Positions 45,273 through 53,688 of a DNA stretch of 64,000 nucleotides are shown in pieces. A program made the translations under genes and the position numbers. The stretch lies in sequence record NC_005083.2. The stretch is one strand, 5' to 3'. Within the stretch, counting starts at the first letter, position 1. Each line of letters starts with the position of its first letter. The notes beneath the pieces are model-generated. The model made no database searches. It was given only the letters and a program-made list of their open reading frames with translations, and had not been told where the DNA came from.

Positions 45273-46370
45273 TTATAGACTATGCAAATAATTGTAGGCG
45301 ATACTGACTCGCTTATCTTCTAGAGCTTCGCCGTATGCAGGTCCCGGCTCAACGTCAACTTTGATATTTCGAGTTAGTTCAATTAACTCAGTGAGCATTT
45401 TACGCTTCACTTCATCTTTTACTTGCGATAATGCAACTTCGAACGGTAGACCTTCTTTGTATGCACCTAGTTTACGTAAAACAATGACAATCGTTTCATC
45501 AAATGCATTAGCAACGTTTAGACTCATCAAGATCTCAGATGCTTTATCAAATTGCTTAGTCGCACCGAATTTTCGAGTGTAACGATTACGATGGTCGAAT
45601 GATGCCCATTTAGCAATTAGCTGCACGTCTTCACACTTAAAAGGCATACGATTGTAGAACTTCAATTCAAGCAATTCGCGTGCGCTAGGTACTGCACAGA
45701 ACCCAATTTGACCTAAAAATGCGAAGTACATGTGCGCGTCTTTCTCAGACAGTGCTTTTTGAGTCTCTAGCCACACACGTTCTTTAGGTAGATTCTCAAG
45801 CATACCGTCATTGATCATCTTCTTGCATAGCTCAATCGTTTCTTCTGCGACTTTGAATCCCATGCTGTAGTAACGAGCATAGAAACGAGCAACACGCAGA
45901 ACACGCAATGGGTCTTCAGCAAATGCTTCAGTCGTGTGACGAAGAATCTTATTTTTCAAGTCGTCTAGACCCCCGTACGGGTCGATGATGTCATCAGTCG
46001 AGCCCCACATGAATAGACTATTCGGTGTCATGTCTGGTATAGCCATTGAGTTGATAGTCAGATCTCGACGAGATAAGTCGTCTTCTAACGTAACACCGTC
46101 AGTTGTGAAAGTGAAGTCAGTAGTTTTACCGCCAGTGCTACGCTCTACACGAGCAAGCGCGACTTCATTACCGTCTTTATCAAGCCAAACAGGGAAATCA
46201 GCGCCGATTGGTTCGCCGTACATAGCCATCATTTGCTCATGCGTACAACCGGTTACTACGTAATCAATGTCTTTCGGGAATCTAGACCAACCCTCGACAT
46301 GTTTCAGAATGGAGTCGCGTACTGCGCCACCGACAATGTATTTTTTCATCAAGTTAAGATTCGCTTTCAT
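45273..46370 (-). CDS. cca: tRNA nucleotidyltransferase (CCA-adding enzyme, class II)
   Basis: YIVGGAVRD, KDIDYVV, EDDLSRRDLTINSMA, EDPLRVLRVARF. Confidence 0.93.
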   Translation of the reverse strand: MKANLNLMKKYIVGGAVRDSILKHVEGWSRFPKDIDYVVTGCTHEQMMAMYGEPIGADFPVWLDKDGNEVALARVERSTGGKTTDFTFTTDGVTLEDDLSRRDLTINSMAIPDMTPNSLFMWGSTDDIIDPYGGLDDLKNKILRHTTEAFAEDPLRVLRVARFYARYYSMGFKVAEETIELCKKMINDGMLENLPKERVWLETQKALSEKDAHMYFAFLGQIGFCAVPSARELLELKFYNRMPFKCEDVQLIAKWASFDHRNRYTRKFGATKQFDKASEILMSLNVANAFDETIVIVLRKLGAYKEGLPFEVALSQVKDEVKRKMLTELIELTRNIKVDVEPGPAYGEALEDKRVSIAYNYLHSL

Positions 46371-46392
46371 TGTGCTCTCCTTTTGAACCTAT

Positions 46393-46421
46393 ACAGTACA
46401 TGACTAAATAATATAAGTCAA
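46393..46421 (-). promoter_or_regulatory. Early promoter of cca, overlapping a divergent CTAAATA late-type promoter
   Basis: TTGACT-17 bp-TACTGT on minus; ACTAAATA at 46403-46410 on plus. Confidence 0.6.
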
Positions 46422-46429
46422 CCAGATTT

Positions 46430-46783
46430 ATGGGAAGATTTATGGAATACACAAAATACGAGATTCAGAAATATCGTAGTCGTCGAAGTCATGGCATCAA
46501 TCTGCCAGATTACAACGGAGCGATATACATCGACTTGCCAAGTAGCCCGTGTGGGTCTGATAGCAATTACTTTGCTGTACTGAACAGCGAAGAGCAAATC
46601 GCAGTTGAGATTGCATTTGGTGGGTATTACAACGAAACTGAGGGTGATAGAGACCCTATACCAGAAGATACCGATTTTCATTTGATTGGTTCTCAGGGTC
46701 ATTATGAAGCTCAGGGTCGAATGTTTAATAGCAACTTGCGCGTATGGCTGCGAGGGGCGGGTAAAATCACTATAATTTACTAA
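46430..46783 (+). CDS. Hypothetical late protein (117 aa)
   Basis: ORF track; beta-rich; late-type promoter upstream. Confidence 0.7.
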   Translation: MGRFMEYTKYEIQKYRSRRSHGINLPDYNGAIYIDLPSSPCGSDSNYFAVLNSEEQIAVEIAFGGYYNETEGDRDPIPEDTDFHLIGSQGHYEAQGRMFNSNLRVWLRGAGKITIIY

Positions 46784-46792
46784 GGGAATACT

Positions 46793-48247
46793 ATGTCAAG
46801 TATTAATATACCTGGATTCGGTTACTCGGCTGTACCTGAATCGCCAAACGATGGGCAGCTATACGGTAGACGAAATGCCACATGGGAGTTAATTGCTCTC
46901 TCAGACGGTGTGTTAGAAGCACCCGCAGACGGACAAGAATATGTTCGAAAAGATTTTCAATGGGTTTTGCCAACTTACCCAACTTATACCGCAAGTAATA
47001 TTAGCCTAACGTCGTCGTTATTCGCGTCAACGAATGTTCACGATGCGCTTGAGGAACTTTACTACGAAAACCCACTCAATGTCGTACTTGTTCGCAGCGA
47101 AGATGATCTGCCAGCCCCACAAGTGATCAATGGTGTGTTGACGCACAAACTCGAAGAAAAGGAATATGTCATTGATGGTAATGTTACGATTGCAAATTCA
47201 CTAGGGTTTCCGGGAGCGGGGATTAGTGCAACGATTAAAGCGATAAACCGTTCGGTGTTGACTTATACTGGAACCGATGCCATGTTCTATGATCTAGGGG
47301 CACAAGGAAATATTGAAATCGCTGGTCAGACTGAGTTCCAAGCCCCGAATGCCGACATGTTCAATTTGATTTCTGGTGCGGGTGGTTTCTCATTTCAGTC
47401 ACGGTATGCTGACCGATTCAATAACTGTGACCGTCTAGGTGAAGTTTACTGCGGCGGATTATCTACGATTGTGTTCAATAACGGTACATTCAGAAACTTC
47501 AATCAAGGGCTTGTTGTTCACGACCCGGGCTTTTTTGAAGTAAACACGTTCTTCGTATTCGGAAACAATCAAGCCGGTTGCACGTACTTTACAGTACAAG
47601 GAACATCATCAACTGGCTCGATTAACATCGACACAGTGACATGTTCTATCGGGACAAATGAGACAATTTTCAATTTTAACCCGAATATCCAAGCAACTAT
47701 TGATACGATCAACGTTCGAAACTGTAGTCTTCGTGGACCACTGAACGGTACGCTATTTGCACCGGGAAGTTTGACACCTCGTGATTTCAAATTTGAAAGT
47801 CTTGGTAACACTCTTATCCCGAATACGGTTCAGGGTGGTTTGTTGTCATTATCTAGCAATGCGACACCAACTGTAGTCGGGGCAGTAAATACTCCAACAC
47901 TTGCGGCAGGTACATGGGTTGTTCAAGAAACATCACATTTCCTAGGTTCAACGGGAGGTCGTTTGACTTCGCAAGTTATTAGAGACATTTCGACTAGTAT
48001 TGATGCGTCAATGACAGTTGAACCATCATCAGGTCAGGGTATCGTAATTCGCGCATACTTAGCTAAAAACGGTGTTCCGATTGCAGCAAGTGCAAAAACA
48101 ACAACTGCTGATAGTGGCAGAGAGGGCTTCTTGTCATTGACATGGCAAATGGACATATCTAAAGACGATTATATCGAGTTATTTGTTGAAAACCGTTCTG
48201 GTTCAACGTCGATTATTGTCACAGATGCTACGTTACGCATCCCGTAA
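46793..48247 (+). CDS. Putative trimeric fibre/decoration protein with two N-terminal foldon-like motifs and a C1q/BclA-like C-terminus
   Basis: VPESPNDGQLYGRRNATW and LEAPADGQEYVRKDFQW; C-terminal ISKDDYIELFVEN. Confidence 0.75.
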   Translation: MSSINIPGFGYSAVPESPNDGQLYGRRNATWELIALSDGVLEAPADGQEYVRKDFQWVLPTYPTYTASNISLTSSLFASTNVHDALEELYYENPLNVVLVRSEDDLPAPQVINGVLTHKLEEKEYVIDGNVTIANSLGFPGAGISATIKAINRSVLTYTGTDAMFYDLGAQGNIEIAGQTEFQAPNADMFNLISGAGGFSFQSRYADRFNNCDRLGEVYCGGLSTIVFNNGTFRNFNQGLVVHDPGFFEVNTFFVFGNNQAGCTYFTVQGTSSTGSINIDTVTCSIGTNETIFNFNPNIQATIDTINVRNCSLRGPLNGTLFAPGSLTPRDFKFESLGNTLIPNTVQGGLLSLSSNATPTVVGAVNTPTLAAGTWVVQETSHFLGSTGGRLTSQVIRDISTSIDASMTVEPSSGQGIVIRAYLAKNGVPIAASAKTTTADSGREGFLSLTWQMDISKDDYIELFVENRSGSTSIIVTDATLRIP

Positions 48248-48283
48248 TAAATATAATTGAATGGATAAATTTGGAGATTCACA

Positions 48284-48775
48284 ATGAGTCAATTGAAAAC
48301 ACACGCAGATTCACTAACTAAAGCAGAACTAGATGAGTTTGCACAAGAGTTTTACGGCATAGAGCTTGATCGTCGTAAATCAAAAGGCGCTATGACTAAA
48401 GCTCTTCTTGAGGGTGCGGAAGGTAAAACTCCACTGAAGCAACTTCCGTGGGAAGAACTTCTTCTTGAAGAAACACCCGAGCCAGTCGTAGAGACGGAAG
48501 TCAAAGAAGAATCCGAATCTGTTAAAGTTGAGATTCCAACAGATGATTCTTTCGAGCCTCTACCACTACCTTTCAAACGCGGGCATGAACGTTTCATGAT
48601 TGCGTCTGATTCTGCCGTTGAATCGGCAAAGGGAATTGTTGCAGGTAAAGTCTCGATTGACGATGTGCTTGCATCAGATCTTCGCGTAGTTAAATCAATC
48701 TTGCATTATGTCGAGCAAGACGGCAAGGTGCTAGTGCGTGAAACTCGCAATAGTCAATTCATCACAATTAAATAG
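48284..48775 (+). CDS. inh: Inh, inhibitor of the prohead protease
   Basis: ELDEFAQEFYGIELDRRKSK N-terminus; SILHYVEQDGKVLVRETRNSQFITIK C-terminus. Confidence 0.85.
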   Translation: MSQLKTHADSLTKAELDEFAQEFYGIELDRRKSKGAMTKALLEGAEGKTPLKQLPWEELLLEETPEPVVETEVKEESESVKVEIPTDDSFEPLPLPFKRGHERFMIASDSAVESAKGIVAGKVSIDDVLASDLRVVKSILHYVEQDGKVLVRETRNSQFITIK

Positions 48776-48783
48776 GAACTGAA

Positions 48784-49116
48784 ATGACAACACCAATCAA
48801 CACTGATATGAACCTTGCAGTCACTCTTGATGATTTGACTGTAGCAGCGGCAATCGCCGCAAAAAGTGGGTACGATGATGTGACAACTTCCGCACTAAAT
48901 CACGCGGGTGAGTCATACATCATTGTAGACAAGCAAACTTATGAAGAGCTTAAAGCTGCGATTGAGACTGCTAGTCCGTTGAGTTCAATCACTGGTCTTT
49001 CTCAAGAATGTGTTGACATTCTAGCAGGAGCAGTTGATTCAGCAACGACACTTTGCCGCGAACACACTAACAGTCGATTCTTCCGAATCGCATGGACTGT
49101 TACAGTAACGCCATAA
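48784..49116 (+). CDS. Hypothetical protein (110 aa)
   Basis: ORF track, RBS, followed by a terminator. Confidence 0.7.
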   Translation: MTTPINTDMNLAVTLDDLTVAAAIAAKSGYDDVTTSALNHAGESYIIVDKQTYEELKAAIETASPLSSITGLSQECVDILAGAVDSATTLCREHTNSRFFRIAWTVTVTP

Positions 49117-49120
49117 TAGA

Positions 49121-49146
49121 AAAGCCCGCATTTAGCGGGCTTTTTT
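49121..49146. terminator. Bidirectional terminator
   Basis: AAAGCCCGC-ATTTA-GCGGGCTTTTTT between convergent genes. Confidence 0.85.
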
Positions 49147-49174
49147 GTGTCTACGAGACGCGCTGTAAGCGATT

Positions 49175-50359
49175 CTAAGCGACGAACGCGACACGCTGTA
49201 CGATTGTCTGTTTTTCGTCGCGAAACTCGTCGTGAGCTTTTACAGTCGCTTTTACAGTTACTGTAGTGCCGTTCTCAATCTTTTCGCCTTCTTTATCGCG
49301 TAGGCGAGTTGAGCCAAACCACACGATTAGGTTGTTTTGTTCGTCTCGGAAATGATGGATGAACGTGTCGCCATAGTAGCCTTCAGATACGATGACTTTT
49401 TCAAGTGTCACATTGAAGTTTTCACGTTTTTTGATGATACCGACGTGCTCAGATTCAGGCAACTCTGCTTTACGTTCAGCTTCGCGTTTAGCTAGAATCT
49501 CACGCTCTTTTGCTTTGTTAAAAGCTAAGATAGCTGCCGCAATATAACCAGTCTGTTTGTACTCGATGAATGGAGCAGCACATGACGCGATAACATTGTG
49601 CATGAAATCGTTCGTCGCTTCTTGAGTTGAAACCCATTCTAAGATCTCTTTTGCTTGCTCTTCACACTTATCGTAATCGTATTCCGCAAGCATTGCATCA
49701 CGCTCTTCACGCAGTGCTGGTGAGCCAACATTAATCATGTCGATAACCCACTGACGAGTCACACCACCGCCATGGTAACAGCCTTTGTGCTCAACATACA
49801 TAGCAGCCCATGTAACAATCTGAAGTGCGTTGTATGAGATTTTACGAGAACCACCACCCCATGACTCTTCATCACCGAAATCAGCGATTGCAGTGTAGAA
49901 CGTAGCTAGTGAGTCGATGGATTTAGTTGGTAGGTAGTATTTCAAGCATGAACCGCCAACGCGCATTTCTTCTTTCGTCTCTTCATTTTGAATGACGTAG
50001 GTTACATTACGCTGACGTTTAGAGTTGCAGTGATCGCAAGTTGTGTCACCTAGAAGATGACGATGATTAGTCTCGTTGTTAGAGCGAACAAGATTTGTTG
50101 CGTGGTCAAGTTGAGTCAAGAAAGACCAACCTTTAGTTGACGGGTATTCACCGCGAATAGTAACATCAACGTAATATTCACGATATTTTTGATGATTGAT
50201 GATAATGATTTCTGAGTACACTTCACCGAACTCAAATGTGATTTCAGCAACACCAAGACGTTTTGCAATCTTGTTAGTAGATGCAACACGCGCTTCGAAC
50301 TCGCTCATGTAGATTGATTTGATTGTGTAAGTGTTTTCGAATTTGTTTAGTGAAGTCAT
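49175..50359 (-). CDS. Conserved hypothetical early protein with a CxxC...C motif and a C-terminal OB-fold-like region
   Basis: CDHCNSKRQR...VGGSCL; HVGIIKKRENFNVTLEKV...TVKATVKAHDEF. Confidence 0.8.
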   Translation of the reverse strand: MTSLNKFENTYTIKSIYMSEFEARVASTNKIAKRLGVAEITFEFGEVYSEIIIINHQKYREYYVDVTIRGEYPSTKGWSFLTQLDHATNLVRSNNETNHRHLLGDTTCDHCNSKRQRNVTYVIQNEETKEEMRVGGSCLKYYLPTKSIDSLATFYTAIADFGDEESWGGGSRKISYNALQIVTWAAMYVEHKGCYHGGGVTRQWVIDMINVGSPALREERDAMLAEYDYDKCEEQAKEILEWVSTQEATNDFMHNVIASCAAPFIEYKQTGYIAAAILAFNKAKEREILAKREAERKAELPESEHVGIIKKRENFNVTLEKVIVSEGYYGDTFIHHFRDEQNNLIVWFGSTRLRDKEGEKIENGTTVTVKATVKAHDEFRDEKQTIVQRVAFVA

Positions 50360-50401
50360 AATATTCTCTCTTGTTGTGGACGATTCGTTTCGTTGATAGA
50401 G

Positions 50402-50430
50402 ATATTACGGCTTTTTGGTGTAGTCGTCAA
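50402..50430 (-). promoter_or_regulatory. Early promoter
   Basis: TTGACG-17 bp-TAATAT. Confidence 0.75.
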
Positions 50431-50440
50431 CCAATAGATA

Positions 50441-50466
50441 CAAAAAAAGCGCAAAATGCGCTTTTT
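50441..50466. terminator. Bidirectional terminator
   Basis: A7-GCGCA-AAA-TGCGC-T5. Confidence 0.75.
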
Positions 50467-50563
50467 AATTATCAATCAGGTAAGAAATCTGCTGACTCGG
50501 GGTGAATTTGTGTTTTTCAGCACGCGCTTCAGTCAATTCAGTTGACTCTTAGGATGTTTTCAT
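50465..50563 (-). pseudogene. Possible disrupted mini-gene MKTS*ESTELTEARAEKHKFTPSQQISYLIDN
   Basis: ATG with an RBS-like GAAGAG, in-frame TAA at codon 5, frame open to TAA at 50465. Confidence 0.35.
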
Positions 50564-50574
50564 TTATTGCTCTT

Positions 50575-51537
50575 CTATTTATCTAAGTTAAAAATTGTAA
50601 CATCATCATGAGTCACAAACGATGGTTTGTAACCGTATTGCGGACCAAGGCGATTGAATAACCGCTTGTACAGACTGATTCGTTTCTCGTTCCCATCTTT
50701 GATTGATGTTGCAATTGTCTCACAGTTGTATTTCTTAGCAAAGTTCACTGTTTCATTGACTACCGTTGCAAATACTTTCATTGGGTTTTCAGAAGCAGTC
50801 AGATCATTAGTCCATCCACTCTCACCGCGAACTTGAAAATGCACCTCAACAGCTTGTACAAACTCAGGCGGATTGAAATTGAAAATCTCATCATTACCAC
50901 CCCAATCAATGCCTCGCGGTATTAGAATGACGCGATAAACTTGTTTACCTATCTGAAATAGACCCTCGATTGGTTTCTTGTCACCCACGGGAACGTCGCC
51001 TTTCGGGTACATGACTTTCGCGGGCTTGTCAAGTGATTCCGTCAAATTAACCGAAGACAGCCACTCGCGCCATGTCTTTTTATTTCCGATTTTCGCAAAC
51101 GGAATATCGTCATGGTCTAGCCACTGTGCCGAGCGGTCATACGACTGAGAAGTATCAAATCCGCGGTAATCATCGCCAACCCATAGCCATTTATGATGCC
51201 AGATTTGATTGACTTGACGTGGCTTAGAAACAGCACCGTCTTTGTAAGTGATCATCATACCCGCGGCTGGTTCCTGTACAGTGTCAAATTCAACTGAGTC
51301 ATAGAACGCAACGCCACCTTTTTTATAGTCAATTCGGACAATGTTCGGTGTGAATTGCGGATTTGCTATTGATACTTGAGTACGAGCATCAGCAACCATT
51401 TGCTTGAACTCGTCAGGAACATAGTCAACGTGAACATATAATGAACCGCCAATGTCTTTACCAACGCCCCATTTGCTGCGTTTTACTGCACTACCTTTTC
51501 GGGTTTTTAATGTAGCGCGTTCAAAAATTATGCTCAT
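50575..51537 (-). CDS. Two-domain hypothetical protein, candidate internal head protein
   Basis: 320 aa; IFE and LTE-S motifs resembling gp21 cleavage sites; second gene of a late-type operon. Confidence 0.8.
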   Translation of the reverse strand: MSIIFERATLKTRKGSAVKRSKWGVGKDIGGSLYVHVDYVPDEFKQMVADARTQVSIANPQFTPNIVRIDYKKGGVAFYDSVEFDTVQEPAAGMMITYKDGAVSKPRQVNQIWHHKWLWVGDDYRGFDTSQSYDRSAQWLDHDDIPFAKIGNKKTWREWLSSVNLTESLDKPAKVMYPKGDVPVGDKKPIEGLFQIGKQVYRVILIPRGIDWGGNDEIFNFNPPEFVQAVEVHFQVRGESGWTNDLTASENPMKVFATVVNETVNFAKKYNCETIATSIKDGNEKRISLYKRLFNRLGPQYGYKPSFVTHDDVTIFNLDK

Positions 51538-51539
51538 TA

Positions 51540-52133
51540 TTACCTCGTTGCTGCGTTTGTGATATTTCTGATCATACGCACTGCGAATTGAGTGTCGCCT
51601 GTCATGGCTGCTGACGCCGCCTTATCGACGTAAAACGTGCTATCTTCGATCATGTTCAAGTGATGGTAGATTTCACGAAAATCATGGCGGTCGAACTCTT
51701 TAGTGGTGAAACGAAGCGCGCCTGCTTTCTTGTCATCGTCGTGAACACGTTTGTATTCATCAATGACTCGAATCATTTCACTAGCGTATTTCTTCATTTC
51801 CATGTTATCGAGCTTCAAACGTTTTGCTGCTTGAATTACCTCGTCACGAGGACGCTCAAGTTCAATCGCATCTTTAAGAATGTTCAGGCTGTGAATGGTA
51901 TTCACTGCTGCCTTTTCCATTTGTAATTTGTGATCTTCAAGCGTTCGATTATGCTTTCTCAACTCACCAGTTGCGGTAGCACTTGCAATCAAGCCAGCAA
52001 AAACTCCCCAGAACCCGCCTTTACGCTGCAAGCGTTTCTTAACTTCGCCTTTCGAACCTGCTGTAATTGCTTGAAATTGAGCCCATTTGCCGCTTTTTCT
52101 TGCTTTATCCATTTCTGTTAAAAATTCAATCAT
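51540..52133 (-). CDS. Hypothetical helical protein, candidate internal head protein
   Basis: N-terminus MIEFLTE-M; TCTAAATA late-type promoter at 52159-52166. Confidence 0.8.
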   Translation of the reverse strand: MIEFLTEMDKARKSGKWAQFQAITAGSKGEVKKRLQRKGGFWGVFAGLIASATATGELRKHNRTLEDHKLQMEKAAVNTIHSLNILKDAIELERPRDEVIQAAKRLKLDNMEMKKYASEMIRVIDEYKRVHDDDKKAGALRFTTKEFDRHDFREIYHHLNMIEDSTFYVDKAASAAMTGDTQFAVRMIRNITNAATR

Positions 52134-52173
52134 AGTTTTAACCCCTTATTGTTTACTGTATTTAGACGTAAAC

Positions 52174-52201
52174 GAAAAAAGGGCGACCGAAGTCACCCTT
52201 T
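52174..52201 (-). terminator. Terminator after the 208-aa gene
   Basis: AAGGGTGAC-TTCG-GTCGCCCTT followed by a T tract on the minus strand. Confidence 0.8.
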
Positions 52202-52215
52202 AACAGTTGGTTAAA

Positions 52216-52842
52216 TTAACCGTAGATTGCTTTGATGTTATCAAAGAACGAAGAAGATTTATTTACCTTCGCGATTACGTATGTAGCATTCATCCGAACC
52301 ATGTTCGATACGTTGATTTTTTCAAGCTCTTCTTTATCGAGATTTGCATCAGTGACAAGTTTTAGAATGTCGCGTGCATTGTCTCGCAATGCAATTGATG
52401 TCAGATAGCGAATTTGCTGCTTTGCTTCAAGTGATTTGAATGCATCAATCGCATCTTGACCAGCAACTGCAACTGAAAGACCCAGCCCGCGATTAAGTGC
52501 GCGAGTCAAAAGCTTCTCCATGCCTTCGATTGGCTTGCGTGGCGTCGCTCGTTTTGGGATGTCGATAGCTAGACGACCTTTGTTTTTCAGCGAGTAAACG
52601 TGAACTTCACGAACGCCGTACTTCTCAAATCGTGTTACGATGATCTCATCAGAGTTCTGTACGTTATCTTGTACACGTCGTCGTAGAGTTTCGTTGTACT
52701 CGCCGCCATTTAGTGCATAGACAAGTTCAGCAACGGTTAGATCACGATGTGAAAGTAGCTCGATAATCGCAGGGCGAAAGTTTTTGCTGCTAACTTTGTC
52801 ATTTGAAGCAAGTGCTTTGCGTACGATTTCAACGTTTTTCAT
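52216..52842 (-). CDS. Hypothetical protein with an N-terminal winged-HTH-like segment
   Basis: RPAIIELLSHRDLTVAELVYAL pattern. Confidence 0.75.
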   Translation of the reverse strand: MKNVEIVRKALASNDKVSSKNFRPAIIELLSHRDLTVAELVYALNGGEYNETLRRRVQDNVQNSDEIIVTRFEKYGVREVHVYSLKNKGRLAIDIPKRATPRKPIEGMEKLLTRALNRGLGLSVAVAGQDAIDAFKSLEAKQQIRYLTSIALRDNARDILKLVTDANLDKEELEKINVSNMVRMNATYVIAKVNKSSSFFDNIKAIYG

Positions 52843-52858
52843 AATATATTTCTCTCAA

Positions 52859-53134
52859 TTAAATTTCTTTCTCAACGGGAACTTGAATTTCATCAAATTG
52901 CGTATCGTGGTATTGCTCATACGCTTCGTGAAAGCTATCAAGTTCATCGTCAACTATAATCTGTTCGCCGGTCTCGAAAACATACATGATGCTATCGTAT
53001 AAACCAGTGGCAGTATTGTACATTGGTTCAGTTGTGAATCTCACACCGCACGGCGTGAAAAGCTCAATTCTGACTTCAGGGACTGGGACTTGCTCTGCAT
53101 TGTGTACTGCAAAGGCTTGTTCTAATCTAGTCAT
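52859..53134 (-). CDS. Hypothetical acidic protein (~91 aa)
   Basis: Start re-assigned to MTRLEQ (AGAGAG RBS); TTGACA-17-TAAACT promoter upstream. Confidence 0.7.
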   Translation of the reverse strand: MTRLEQAFAVHNAEQVPVPEVRIELFTPCGVRFTTEPMYNTATGLYDSIMYVFETGEQIIVDDELDSFHEAYEQYHDTQFDEIQVPVEKEI

Positions 53135-53195
53135 AATGTGCTCTCTGTATTGTCTCAACGAAAACAAGTTTAGGTCAAGACAATACTAATGTCAA

Positions 53196-53684
53196 TTACT
53201 TTTTGCGCCATTTTGCAAGTTTTTCATCGTATTCACTGTGCTTCCACAAATCAAACACGATAGTACCGCTCTGGAACCACCACACAAGTGAGATTGTATC
53301 ATTCAGCTTAGGATCTTTAGGGTTCTTTCCTAAGTAAAGCTCAGTACTCGGGTGCGAGTGGTAGATTGCTTTTTTGACAGCGAACTTATATCCGCCTTCT
53401 GGCATACCAATTTCTTTCGGTGGGTAGATATTACCCAGATACGCTACTTGATATACTGTGTTTTTGAACACAACACGAGCCGAGTCAATATTGAAAAGCA
53501 AGTTTTGATACTTAGCAGCATTCGGGGCAATCTTCCATTTATTCTTAGGCTTGGTTTCGAGTAGTTTATCAATCTCGGGTTCTGGTATCAATTTACCGAG
53601 ATTGTGATTTCCCCATTCTTCCTCAAGAGAAAGACTAATATGAATGCCGTAAAGCGTGTTTTCATATTCGTTAAATCGAAGCAT
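53196..53684 (-). CDS. Hypothetical protein (162 aa)
   Basis: ORF track, GAGG RBS. Confidence 0.75.
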   Translation of the reverse strand: MLRFNEYENTLYGIHISLSLEEEWGNHNLGKLIPEPEIDKLLETKPKNKWKIAPNAAKYQNLLFNIDSARVVFKNTVYQVAYLGNIYPPKEIGMPEGGYKFAVKKAIYHSHPSTELYLGKNPKDPKLNDTISLVWWFQSGTIVFDLWKHSEYDEKLAKWRKK

Positions 53685-53688
53685 GTTG

